From an uncultured Gammaproteobacteria bacterium (lineage in GTDB: Bacteria; Patescibacteriota; Microgenomatia; Levybacterales; UBA12049): 64,000 bases of DNA. How positions within the stretch are numbered: the stretch's first letter is position 1; each line of letters begins with the position of its first letter. The position numbers and the translations under genes are program-made. Shown here piece by piece: positions 19,579-29,322 of the stretch. Under the pieces are notes generated by a model. It did not search any database. It saw nothing but the letters and a program-made list of their open reading frames with translations, and was not told the origin of the DNA. The stretch spans positions 101,879 to 165,878 of the forward strand of contig OZ246394.1 in the NCBI GenBank assembly GCA_965230895.1. Reading direction: 5' to 3'.

Positions 19579-20595
19579 ATGACTCGAATTATGAAAAAAA
19601 TTACAATGATTTCTGCGTTGACGGTTTTGATAACCGTTTTTATTACAGCATTAAGTGCGGTGCTTTTTACTGTGAATAACCCTCGTTCTGTTATCGAATT
19701 GATTGAGCCACTTGTCCCGACTGTAACACCTGCACCAATTCATATGAAAGGAATTGCAGTGCTCGGCGATAGTCAATCAGATGAATATCGGGCTGATGAT
19801 AATAGAGGATATAACTATCCTGCGAGCACATTAAATTGGGTTGAAATTTTGCATAACGAACGAAAAGTAAATTTTGGTAAATGGGGAGTATGGGATGAAC
19901 CACGTAGAACAGGGTACGAATATAATTGGGCACGAACAGGGAATACTACTGCTTCAATGATTGAGAGCGATCATCCAAGTGGCGTTGCTCAGCAAATAAA
20001 GGAAGGAAAAGTGAATGTGGTTGTTATTTTTATAGGTGCAAATGATTTTGCTCCTTATATTACGTCAGATGGATATGATGCAATATATAATGAACAACTT
20101 TCTGAATCCGCAAAAAAAAGAAAAGTAAATCGTGTGATTGCGGATATTAAAACAGCAGTTTATACAGTTAAAGATGCTGGCGATGTCCGAATTCTTTTGG
20201 TAAAAGTTCCTGATTGGGGACAACATGTTGGAGTACAGGTCGCTTTTCCGTTCCCTGATCAACGCGCAGAAGTGAGTGCTGTTATCAATGATGTAAATAA
20301 AGAGTTGGATAAATTAGCACAAGATGAGAATCTTTTGACACTTGATCCAAATGGATTTTATAGTGATATCGTTTATAAAAATGAAGACAAAGGAACGACT
20401 ATTGATGGTGTAAAGCTTGAACGTTTACTCCTCAATAATAATCCAAAGAATTTTTACCTTGAAGATGGCGTGCATACCGGAACGGTTGTGAATGGTTTGT
20501 TGGCAAATGAAATCTTGAAGAAAATTAATCTCATGATAGATAATGATGTTCCACTTTTGACGCAAAAAGAGATTCGTCAAACAGCTGGATTATAA
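19579..20595 (+). CDS. Membrane-anchored SGNH/GDSL hydrolase
   Basis: LGDS, ARTG, IGAND and DGVH blocks. Confidence 0.85.
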   Translation: MTRIMKKITMISALTVLITVFITALSAVLFTVNNPRSVIELIEPLVPTVTPAPIHMKGIAVLGDSQSDEYRADDNRGYNYPASTLNWVEILHNERKVNFGKWGVWDEPRRTGYEYNWARTGNTTASMIESDHPSGVAQQIKEGKVNVVVIFIGANDFAPYITSDGYDAIYNEQLSESAKKRKVNRVIADIKTAVYTVKDAGDVRILLVKVPDWGQHVGVQVAFPFPDQRAEVSAVINDVNKELDKLAQDENLLTLDPNGFYSDIVYKNEDKGTTIDGVKLERLLLNNNPKNFYLEDGVHTGTVVNGLLANEILKKINLMIDNDVPLLTQKEIRQTAGL

Positions 20596-20608
20596 AGGAG
20601 GTGAGCGT

Positions 20609-20872
20609 ATGGATAAGAAAAAGAATACAGCAGAGCTTGAAGTAAGTATCAATTTTGATACAACACCAATCCTTTATACAGATAGTATTTCAATGGCATC
20701 AAATGAAGATGGAATTGTTCTTGATGTTATGCAGCGAGTAGGGAGTACCAATAAAGTACGGGTAGTTTCAAGAATTGGTATGAGCCGCGAACATGCAAAA
20801 AAGTTTATAAAAGAGTGCGGAAATTTACTTGCAATAACAGAAGGTCAAAAGCAAACGGCAAAAACAAATTAA
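20609..20872 (+). CDS. Small DUF3467-like protein
   Basis: LYTD...VLD...VVSRIGMSREHAKKF pattern; SD AAGGAGGTGA. Confidence 0.55.
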   Translation: MDKKKNTAELEVSINFDTTPILYTDSISMASNEDGIVLDVMQRVGSTNKVRVVSRIGMSREHAKKFIKECGNLLAITEGQKQTAKTN

Positions 20873-20934
20873 TTCTTACTCGATTGTAACAGCCTTTTTG
20901 TCTAAATCTTATTTCTAAGATTTAATATCATTTT

Positions 20935-21498
20935 ATGAATAATTCGTTAGCAGGCAAAAAAATAGCAATTCTTGCAACAAATGGAGTAGAACAATCAGAG
21001 CTTATAGAACCACGTAAAGCACTTGAAGAAGCAGGTGCAAAAACAGAATTACTCTCAATCCAAGAGGGTGAAATTAAAGCATGGGACAAAAAAGATTGGG
21101 GGGAAGCATTTTCAGTTAATAAGATTGTATCTTCCGTCAAAGTTGAAGATTATGATGGCTTAGTTTTGCCAGGAGGAGTTATGAATCCAGACTTTCTCCG
21201 TACGAATAAAGATGCTGTTACTTTCGTAAAACAGATATATAAATCAGGAAAGCCAATAGCGGCAATATGTCATGGACCTTGGACACTTATCGAAGCAAAT
21301 GTGGTTATAGGAAAGAAATTGACGTCATGGCCATCACTTCAAACAGACCTACGAAACGCAGGTGCAGAGTGGGTAGACGAAGAAGTAGTTGTTGATCAAG
21401 GACTTGTAACTTCTCGTAAACCTGATGACATTCCAGCATTTAATAAAAAGATGATTGAAGAGTTCGCAGAAGGGATTCATCATCACCAGTATAATTAA
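20935..21498 (+). CDS. PfpI/DJ-1 family type 1 glutamine amidotransferase-like protein
   Basis: GVEQSEL, LPGG..NPD.LR, AICHGPW, TSRKPDD. Confidence 0.9.
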   Translation: MNNSLAGKKIAILATNGVEQSELIEPRKALEEAGAKTELLSIQEGEIKAWDKKDWGEAFSVNKIVSSVKVEDYDGLVLPGGVMNPDFLRTNKDAVTFVKQIYKSGKPIAAICHGPWTLIEANVVIGKKLTSWPSLQTDLRNAGAEWVDEEVVVDQGLVTSRKPDDIPAFNKKMIEEFAEGIHHHQYN

Positions 21499-21536
21499 TC
21501 GTTGACTCCGTATAGCTAGAGGTCCATAATCAGTAT

Positions 21537-23270
21537 ATGGAAGTACTGCTTTTATTTGCTTTTCTTTCCGGTCTTGTCACTATATTTGCCCCATGTATAT
21601 GGCCTCTGCTTCCGATTATTTTGTCCGCAAGTTCTAGCGGTGGACATAGAAAACCGCTAGGGATAACATTAGGAATTGTTATTAGTTTTGCAGTAATAAC
21701 CCTCACCATTTCCTACATCGTAAAAATTATTCCTTTCAATCCAGACGCTCTCAGATATTTTGCTGTTATCATTATTGGAATTCTTGGATTATCATTAGTA
21801 GTTCCAGCATTATCGAAAATATTGGAAGGATCAATGAGTCGCTTGAGTGGGAAGTTAGGTCTTGTTTCAGACCCTAATAAAACTGGATTTTGGGCAGGCT
21901 TTTTAACGGGATTTGCTTTGGGTATCGTTTGGACTCCTTGTGCTGGACCAATACTCGCGACGATAGCAACACTTGCTGCAACTCAAGCAGTTAATTTTAA
22001 TGTTGTCCTTGTAACAATTGTCTATGTCATTGGTGTCGGTATCCCATTATTCATTTTTGCAACTGCTGGGAGCGCTCTCTTTGCCCGAAGTCGCTTTCTC
22101 TCAAAATATACGGGGAGAATACAGCAAGTCTTTGGAGTTATTATGATTTTGACAGCAGTTGCTATCGCAACAGGCTATGATAAGACTTTGCAAGTGCAGC
22201 TCCTTAACACGTTTCCTTCCTATGGAAAATTCTTAACAAATTTAGAAAATAATGAAGCAGTTACTAAACAACTTAATTCTCTGAAAGGGAATGAAAATTC
22301 GCAATCAAATAATCCTATTCAAATAGTTGGTGAAAGTGGAGATCCTGCACCAGAATTTACAGGGATTACAAAATGGATAAATACAGATAATAAACAATTA
22401 ACAATGAATGATTTGAGGGGGAAAGTTGTCCTTATAGATTTCTGGACATATACCTGTATTACCTGTATTCGAACATTACCGTATGTTACGGGGTGGTACG
22501 AGAAGTATAAGGACGATGGATTCGTCGTCGTTGGTGTGCATGCTCCTGAGTTTGAATTCGAAAAGAATACAGATAATGTCCTTGATGCTATCAAGCGCTA
22601 TAAAATAAATTATCCAGTTGCACAAGATAATAATTTTGATACATGGAAAGCCTACAATAATCAATATTGGCCAGCTAAATATCTCATTGATGCCAATGGA
22701 AGAATACGCTACTCTCATTTTGGTGAAGGTGACTATGAAAAAACAGAACAGGCAATTCAACAGTTACTACGGGAGAATGGCAAAAAGGTAGATACAAGCA
22801 TTGATAAAGCCGATGAATCAGTCTATTCAAATCAAATGTCTCCTGAAACATATTTCGGTTCTGACAGAATGCAATATTTGGTGACACAAGGAAGAGTTGA
22901 TAATGGCGTACAAACATTTACAATTCAAAAAACACTTCCAAATAATAGATTCTCATTTGGTGGACAGTGGAATATTACAGATCAGTATGCCGAGACACAA
23001 GCAATTTCTGCTTTAGCGTATAAATTTACTGCAAAGAAAGTTTTTATCGTTCTTAAAAAAGGTACTTCTGTTAATGGAACTATTCGTGTTCTCGTGGATG
23101 GCAAAGTTGTAGACCAAAGTATTGCTGGCGCTGATGTCAAAAACGGGATTGTCTCAGTTGAAAAGGACAGACTTTATGAGCTCGTCAATCTTCAAGAGAT
23201 AGGGACTCACTTGCTTGAGTTACAATTTATGAAACCGGGAATTCAAGTCTATACTTTTACTTTCGGCTAA
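21537..23270 (+). CDS. dipZ: DipZ: CcdA-type membrane domain, thioredoxin domain and C-terminal beta domain
   Basis: APCIWPLLP, WTPCAGP, DFWTYTCITC, VHAPEFEFEK, YTFTFG terminus. Confidence 0.9.
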   Translation: MEVLLLFAFLSGLVTIFAPCIWPLLPIILSASSSGGHRKPLGITLGIVISFAVITLTISYIVKIIPFNPDALRYFAVIIIGILGLSLVVPALSKILEGSMSRLSGKLGLVSDPNKTGFWAGFLTGFALGIVWTPCAGPILATIATLAATQAVNFNVVLVTIVYVIGVGIPLFIFATAGSALFARSRFLSKYTGRIQQVFGVIMILTAVAIATGYDKTLQVQLLNTFPSYGKFLTNLENNEAVTKQLNSLKGNENSQSNNPIQIVGESGDPAPEFTGITKWINTDNKQLTMNDLRGKVVLIDFWTYTCITCIRTLPYVTGWYEKYKDDGFVVVGVHAPEFEFEKNTDNVLDAIKRYKINYPVAQDNNFDTWKAYNNQYWPAKYLIDANGRIRYSHFGEGDYEKTEQAIQQLLRENGKKVDTSIDKADESVYSNQMSPETYFGSDRMQYLVTQGRVDNGVQTFTIQKTLPNNRFSFGGQWNITDQYAETQAISALAYKFTAKKVFIVLKKGTSVNGTIRVLVDGKVVDQSIAGADVKNGIVSVEKDRLYELVNLQEIGTHLLELQFMKPGIQVYTFTFG

Positions 23271-23276
23271 TTGCTC

Positions 23277-24167
23277 CTAATACTTTTTTAATTTTGCAAT
23301 CGCTACAAAGATTACACCTATTAATAACATCCCAATGCTTACATATATTTGTATCTTTGCATATTCTTGCATAAAAAGATTCATAAGTTGTAGCATAATT
23401 GGTGCAAACGTTGCCAGAAAATTTTCTGAGCTGATCAATGTTGACTTCAACAACTCTTTCACTGCGATTTGATTAAAAAATATCATCCCATATCCGAAAG
23501 CGCTTGCAGTAATAAATGAAGAACCGATCCATGTAAGTCGAGCCTTAGCGGAATTATTTATTCGTAGTTGTACTAAAAGAAGACCAATTAACAATGCAAT
23601 AAGTATCGGGGTAACGATTTTCATTATTCCATAGAATGTTTTTAAGCCTAAAAAGTATTCTCCAACTGGAACTGTAAAATCATTTTGTGCCAGTGTTGTT
23701 AGCGCGTCGGTATTTCCTTGAGCAGTTGGATCTCCTGAAGATTGCTCAAGCGCCTGCTCTCCGTTTCCTTGATTTTGATTTGCCAAATATCTAATTTGTG
23801 CAAACTGTTCTTCAAATTCCGGATTGGAAGTAAGCATATCTGCTTTTATATCAGTAAAGGAAAGAACAGGTGAAGGGCCGTCTTTTGTAATCCATATGTA
23901 TCCATCATCAATTAGTTTGTCTGTTTTTTCTTGAACATACGCTGGAGTGAATCTGTCATAAATTTGTTTGGAAAGAAAAGCGGTTTGATCATCTTGTTTC
24001 CCTTCAGGTTGTACTGAAATTAAAAAGTCACTTATATTTGCATAGACATCTGATTGGGCTAACCCCTTTTTTAGTTCTTGAGGGGTCGTCCCACCATACA
24101 TTAATTCAGCCACAAAGATTGTAAAAGGAGAGAGTATTGCAAAAATAAAAAGTATTGCAAGTTTCAT
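23277..24167 (-). CDS. Hypothetical membrane protein
   Basis: N-terminal TM, soluble loop, three C-terminal TMs. Confidence 0.65.
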   Translation of the reverse strand: MKLAILFIFAILSPFTIFVAELMYGGTTPQELKKGLAQSDVYANISDFLISVQPEGKQDDQTAFLSKQIYDRFTPAYVQEKTDKLIDDGYIWITKDGPSPVLSFTDIKADMLTSNPEFEEQFAQIRYLANQNQGNGEQALEQSSGDPTAQGNTDALTTLAQNDFTVPVGEYFLGLKTFYGIMKIVTPILIALLIGLLLVQLRINNSAKARLTWIGSSFITASAFGYGMIFFNQIAVKELLKSTLISSENFLATFAPIMLQLMNLFMQEYAKIQIYVSIGMLLIGVIFVAIAKLKKY

Positions 24168-24312
24168 GAGCTCATACAAAGCATAGCAATTTCTCGAAGC
24201 TTTATCTAGCTGGTTCTACGAAATATGCGTTCGCAAGAAAACGGTAAGACTGAAGCTGATGATTTTTTGCTGACTTTGAAAATAATGTAAAGTAGTCCTA
24301 TACTTCCCACAA

Positions 24313-24810
24313 ATGGTAGAACACGAAGGAAAAGTAAGATTTACATATACTGCAAGTAGCGTTGCAGAGAAATTACTTCCCAATGAACGAGATGCTGAAG
24401 CGGGACATAATAGGGAAGGCGCAGATATATTGCGCGCGAGATTACCTATTGCAAAAGAGGAATCAGTTTATCCTGTTGGGGATCTGCTTTCAACAGTGGT
24501 CCGACATACAAATGGCAATATGAGCGGTATTGTTGCTGAATTTATATATACTCATGCTACCCGTCCTCCAAATGAACTTTCTGAAGAGGAGCAACGAGTA
24601 CTTCTACGCGGAGCATTAATTTTTGATATAAGTTGGCACAGTAGTAGGTACGCAAGAGATCGCAATGCAAAGACTCATGGCTTACCGGAACATCAAATAG
24701 TACGTATGAGGAGAGAACGGCTGATGGAACTTGATGAGACAACTCCTATTCTCTTTCATCCACAAACTCCACCTGAGCAGCCTGTTCAAAAGAAGAGGAA
24801 GAATAACTGA
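24313..24810 (+). CDS. Hypothetical protein (orphan-like)
   Basis: 165-aa ORF; MVEHE N-terminus, KKRK basic C-terminus; no family recognised. Confidence 0.6.
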   Translation: MVEHEGKVRFTYTASSVAEKLLPNERDAEAGHNREGADILRARLPIAKEESVYPVGDLLSTVVRHTNGNMSGIVAEFIYTHATRPPNELSEEEQRVLLRGALIFDISWHSSRYARDRNAKTHGLPEHQIVRMRRERLMELDETTPILFHPQTPPEQPVQKKRKNN

Positions 24811-24844
24811 TCTCTTTAATGCTATTGCTACATGAAATGATCAG

Positions 24845-24876
24845 TTGTACAGCATTAGTTTACGTGATAAACTAAT
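24845..24876 (+). promoter_or_regulatory. marR operon promoter with palindromic operator
   Basis: TTGTAC-N17-TAAACT; perfect inverted repeat ATTAGTTTA-CGTGA-TAAACTAAT (24854-24876) covers the -10. Confidence 0.7.
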
Positions 24877-24883
24877 TGCGAAC

Positions 24884-25327
24884 ATGAGTAAGAATGAAGA
24901 TATCGAGACGCTTTTTAATACAATGATGCAGCTCGGTAAGCTCATGTCCCAAAGAACAAAAGAATCTTATGAGGAGCAGGCAGCTACATCTTTACAATTC
25001 TACGCACTTGGATATATCCGCGAAAATCAGAATGCGACTGTTACCGAAATTGCCGAGCGACTAAAACTTTCGAAGTCGTCTGCGACCCAGTTGATAGAAC
25101 GTTTAGCGACGGCAAATTCAGTCGAGCGTAAAAGCGATGAAAGTGATAAGAGAATTACTCGCTTAGCATTAACAGATAAAGGACTAGAAGAGCTGACGGT
25201 AATGAAAACAAAGTTCATCTCATCATTAAAAGAAGCCTTTGCGGATATACCAAAAAGCGATGTCTTAGAGTTAATCCGAATTCATACAAATATGATTGAA
25301 TCGTTGAAGAAGAGCAAGCATGAATAA
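24884..25327 (+). CDS. MarR-family transcriptional regulator
   Basis: TVTEIAERLKLSKSSATQLIERL, DKR...LTDKG; ATG 24884 follows the promoter. Confidence 0.9.
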   Translation: MSKNEDIETLFNTMMQLGKLMSQRTKESYEEQAATSLQFYALGYIRENQNATVTEIAERLKLSKSSATQLIERLATANSVERKSDESDKRITRLALTDKGLEELTVMKTKFISSLKEAFADIPKSDVLELIRIHTNMIESLKKSKHE

Positions 25328-26663
25328 CGTTAAACATATAGTATCAAAAATAAAAAAACCGTTTATCTGGTTCAAAAATACTCGTAGACGAAATAAAGTG
25401 TTTACACTTGTTGGGCTCCTTATTGTTCTCAGTATAGTTGGAGGACAAATTGCTGATGCACTTGCACCATCTCCATATGTAACGCAAAAAGTAACAAGAG
25501 GAGATATTGAACAATTTGTTTCTGAAACAGGGAATGTTGCTACAGCCGGTCGGGTAGACGTAGATTCAACCGCAACAGGTATTATTGAAGCAATTTATGT
25601 TAACAATGGTGACACCGTAACAACAGGTCAGCAATTATTTGAAGTAAGAAGTACTGCAACTGACCAGGAAAAAGCTTCCGCAAATGCTACGTATCAGAAT
25701 GCGTTAAGCAACTTAGCAACTGCACAGCAAACAAAGGATAGTCTTGACGCTGCTATGTGGGCAAAACGCCAAGCATATCTTGATGCCCAAAATACCCAAA
25801 ACTATATGAACGATCACTCAAAGAACCCGTCTACAAATGCGGATTACACAGCACTTGAAAAGGAAAATGTTAAATCTTCTGTCGTAACGACAGAGAAAGA
25901 CTTCAAAGCATCCGAGAAAAAATACCAAGAAGCAGATATCGCTGTAAGAGCGGCTCAAGCACAAGTTACATCTGCTCAATTGTCTTACCAATCAACACAA
26001 GATGTTGTCGTGAAGGCCCCTGCCGAAGGGACAGTAACCAACTTATCGTTTAGAGTTGGAGATAAAGTCACATCAGGTGGTGGAGCAAGTCTAGGTGTTG
26101 CAGCAGCAGGGGGAGCTGAAGCATCAGCAGCAAGTCTCTCTTCTGGCGGCGGGGGAACACCTGTACTCACAATTGCAAACCTTGTTGATTACTCCATCAA
26201 AATTGCGGTCAATGAAGTTGATATCCCCAAGATTAAAGTTGCACAAAGAGCCGAAGTTACACTCGATGCTTTCTCCAATAGAAAATTTGATGGTATTATA
26301 ACGCACGTTGATTCTGTTGGGACAAACACACAAGGTGTTGTTACATACAATGTTGTTATCGATATTACAGATCCTATCGATACAATTCGTCCAGGTATGA
26401 CAGCAAATGTAGATATTACTGTTGATAAAGCAACTAATGTTTTGACTGTCTCAAATAGTTCTGTAAAGCCTTACAAGGGTGGAAGAGCAGTCCGCATTAT
26501 AGATCCAAATAATAAGAAAGAAATAAAATATGTTCCTGTTGAGATTGGTCTGAAGGGTGATGATAAAACAGAAATTATCAAAGGTGTCTCCGAAGGTCAA
26601 GAAGTTATTACTTCGCTTACAAATGACCAAGTGCAAAGACCAAGTTCCGGTGGTCCATTTTAA
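25320..26663 (+). CDS. Efflux periplasmic adaptor/membrane fusion protein (MacA/YknX-like)
   Basis: Lipoyl-like GIIEAIYVNNGDTV, coiled-coil hairpin, APAEGTV, VNEVDI, PGMTANV. Confidence 0.9.
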   Translation: MNNVKHIVSKIKKPFIWFKNTRRRNKVFTLVGLLIVLSIVGGQIADALAPSPYVTQKVTRGDIEQFVSETGNVATAGRVDVDSTATGIIEAIYVNNGDTVTTGQQLFEVRSTATDQEKASANATYQNALSNLATAQQTKDSLDAAMWAKRQAYLDAQNTQNYMNDHSKNPSTNADYTALEKENVKSSVVTTEKDFKASEKKYQEADIAVRAAQAQVTSAQLSYQSTQDVVVKAPAEGTVTNLSFRVGDKVTSGGGASLGVAAAGGAEASAASLSSGGGGTPVLTIANLVDYSIKIAVNEVDIPKIKVAQRAEVTLDAFSNRKFDGIITHVDSVGTNTQGVVTYNVVIDITDPIDTIRPGMTANVDITVDKATNVLTVSNSSVKPYKGGRAVRIIDPNNKKEIKYVPVEIGLKGDDKTEIIKGVSEGQEVITSLTNDQVQRPSSGGPF

Positions 26664-26665
26664 TC

Positions 26666-27361
26666 ATGGCTAAAACTCCTCTTATTCATCTAGAAAATGT
26701 TATTAAGAACTATCCACTTGCTGATAGAGAATTTTATCAAGCTTTAAAAGGTGTTTCGTTAACAATCAATGAAGGAGAATTTGTCGCTATCATGGGTCCA
26801 TCTGGAAGTGGTAAATCTACTACAATGCATATTATTGGTGCTCTGGATAATCCAACAAGCGGCAAGTACGAATTAAAAGGGAAAGATATTGCGAGTTTTT
26901 CTCCTGATCAGTTATCAGATATTCGTAATAAAGAAATCGGTTTTGTTTTCCAATCATTTAATCTTCTTCCAAGAACAACTGTTCTTAAGAATGTAGAACG
27001 CCCGATGGTCTATGCGGGGATTCCTCCAGAAGAAAGAACAGCTCGGGCGATGAAGGCATTAGAATTAGTGCACATTGAGAATAAAGCAAATAATCTATCG
27101 AACCATATTTCAGGAGGACAAATTCAAAGAGTCGCTATCGCTCGTGCCATTGTTATGAATCCTTCAATTATTCTTGCGGATGAGCCAACAGGAAATTTGG
27201 ATACTGTCACTTCAAATGAAGTCATGGAGTATTTTACAAAATTAAATGAATCAGGAAAAACAATTATTGTCATTACCCATGAAGAAGATATCGCAAAATA
27301 TGTAAAGCGAGTTATTAGAATTGTTGACGGCAAGATCCTTTCAGATAAAAAACAAAAATAA
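26666..27361 (+). CDS. ABC transporter ATP-binding protein (MacB/LolD-like)
   Basis: GPSGSGKST, IGFVFQSFNLL, SGGQIQRVAIARA, ADEPTGNLD. Confidence 0.95.
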   Translation: MAKTPLIHLENVIKNYPLADREFYQALKGVSLTINEGEFVAIMGPSGSGKSTTMHIIGALDNPTSGKYELKGKDIASFSPDQLSDIRNKEIGFVFQSFNLLPRTTVLKNVERPMVYAGIPPEERTARAMKALELVHIENKANNLSNHISGGQIQRVAIARAIVMNPSIILADEPTGNLDTVTSNEVMEYFTKLNESGKTIIVITHEEDIAKYVKRVIRIVDGKILSDKKQK

Positions 27362-27362
27362 T

Positions 27363-28574
27363 ATGGATTACAAAGAACTTATACAAACATCACTTCAGTC
27401 ATTGCGACGAAATGTTCTCCGAACATCATTAACAATGCTTGGTATTATCATAGGTATTACATCAGTTATCCTGATTGTTTCAATTGGTCGTGGTGCTGTA
27501 GCTTTTATTACGAATGAACTTTCAAGTTTTGGGACGGATTATTTCCAAATTAATCCTGGTCAAAGTAATTTTGATTCTTTTGCTGGTGCGAATACTTTGA
27601 CACTCGATGATGTTGAAGCAATAAAGAATGATAAATCATTTACTAACATTAGTAGGGTTGTTCCTATTGCATCTGCAGCGACAGTTGTTTCCGCAAATGG
27701 GGAAGAAGATAATATCAATGTCACAGGAACTGGTGCTGAGATTATCGAAATTCTTCGACCCGAAATGATCTATGGAGAATTTCTAACTGAAGAAAATGAT
27801 ATTACTGCTGAACGTGTTGCTGTCCTTGGATCAGATGCGGCGGAAACATTTTTTGGAGAGGAAACAAATCCTGTTGGAGAAAGAATTAGAATAAATAATA
27901 TTCCATTTCGTGTCATTGGTGTTGCCAAATCAGAAAGCGCACTTGCTGGAGCAGTTTTGAATAAATCAATTTATGTTCCCATAAATGTAGTCTTTAACGA
28001 AATTCAGGGAGAAGAAAAGATTCAAGAGATCGATGTCAGTGTCCATGATGAAAATCAAATTAACCAAACAATGGAAGACGTAGAAATTCTTTTGCGAGAC
28101 AGACATAATATAGCAGAGGATGAAGAAAATGATTTCCAAATTACGAGTGCGCAAGATATCCTGACCACAGTCCAAACAATTACCGGGCTTCTTACTACAA
28201 TGATTGCTGCAATTTCAGGTATTTCTCTTGTTGTTGGTGGAGTGGGTGTCATGAATATTATGTTGGTTTCTGTCACGGAACGTACAAGGGAAATTGGTTT
28301 GCTTAAAGCAATTGGTGCAAAGGAAAAAGATATCCTTACGCAATTTCTTATTGAAGCAGTAGTCATGACGGTGCTTGGCGGAATCATTGGAATTATTTTT
28401 GGTGTTGCTGGTGCATATCTTATATCGCAAGCGGTGAATATACCATTTGTTGTTGATTATGTAGGAATCCTTGTGGCAGTGGGTGTGTCTACAGCAGTAG
28501 GTCTGATTTTTGGATATTATCCTGCAAAAAGAGCGGCGAAGCTTTCTCCAATAGATGCGTTGAGACATGAATAA
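27363..28574 (+). CDS. ABC transporter permease (MacB/FtsX family)
   Basis: LTMLGIIIG, GGVGVMNIMLVSVTERTREIG, YPAKRAAKLSPIDALR. Confidence 0.95.
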   Translation: MDYKELIQTSLQSLRRNVLRTSLTMLGIIIGITSVILIVSIGRGAVAFITNELSSFGTDYFQINPGQSNFDSFAGANTLTLDDVEAIKNDKSFTNISRVVPIASAATVVSANGEEDNINVTGTGAEIIEILRPEMIYGEFLTEENDITAERVAVLGSDAAETFFGEETNPVGERIRINNIPFRVIGVAKSESALAGAVLNKSIYVPINVVFNEIQGEEKIQEIDVSVHDENQINQTMEDVEILLRDRHNIAEDEENDFQITSAQDILTTVQTITGLLTTMIAAISGISLVVGGVGVMNIMLVSVTERTREIGLLKAIGAKEKDILTQFLIEAVVMTVLGGIIGIIFGVAGAYLISQAVNIPFVVDYVGILVAVGVSTAVGLIFGYYPAKRAAKLSPIDALRHE

Positions 28575-28615
28575 ATTCTTGACGAAGCATAATAATTTGT
28601 TTACTATAAATTGCA

Positions 28616-29320
28616 ATGGAAGAGATACATACAAAAATTATTGCTACTATCGGGCCATCAACGTTAGAATTCAATACATTCCAAAAACTTATTGATGCTG
28701 GAATTGACTATATTCGTATTAATACTGCCTATGGTGATGAGTATCAGTATCAAACAATTCTTGATAATTTAGCGAAGGCAAATAAGCATAAAACGGTGAA
28801 GCCAATATTTGATTTAAAAGGAGAACAGATTATTCCATTTGCTCTTAGGAATAATGTTTATATGTACGCACTTTCATTCGCTGAGAATAAAGAGCAAATT
28901 GCAAAATATCGTTCGTTACTTCCTGAATCATTTCTCATTTCAAAGATAGAATCAAAAAGTGGAGTGGAGAACTTTGATGAAATATTACATGCATCTGACG
29001 GGATTATGATTGCGCGAGGAGATCTCGGCGTTGCTGAAACATTGGAGAAAGTTCCACCAATGCAAAAGGATTTTACAAATAAAGCAAAAGTGAAAGATAA
29101 GTTTCTTATCACCGCAACAGAAATGCTTTTGAGTATGGTCGATAATCCAGAGCCGACAAGAGCAGAAGTCTCTGATGTTGCAAATGCAGTTTTTGATAAT
29201 TCATCGGCAGTTATGCTTTCTGAAGAAACTGCAATTGGAAAGTATCCGATTGAAACAGTTATTATGATGAGGAAAATTATTGTTGAAGCCGAGAAATGGC
29301 AATACAGCCATCAGTATTAA
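28616..29320 (+). CDS. pyk: Pyruvate kinase, minimal form (A-domain barrel only)
   Basis: TKIIATIGP, SKIE, DGIMIARGDLG, PTRAEVSDVANAV, MLSEETA.GKYP; 234 aa. Confidence 0.85.
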   Translation: MEEIHTKIIATIGPSTLEFNTFQKLIDAGIDYIRINTAYGDEYQYQTILDNLAKANKHKTVKPIFDLKGEQIIPFALRNNVYMYALSFAENKEQIAKYRSLLPESFLISKIESKSGVENFDEILHASDGIMIARGDLGVAETLEKVPPMQKDFTNKAKVKDKFLITATEMLLSMVDNPEPTRAEVSDVANAVFDNSSAVMLSEETAIGKYPIETVIMMRKIIVEAEKWQYSHQY

Positions 29321-29322
29321 AT

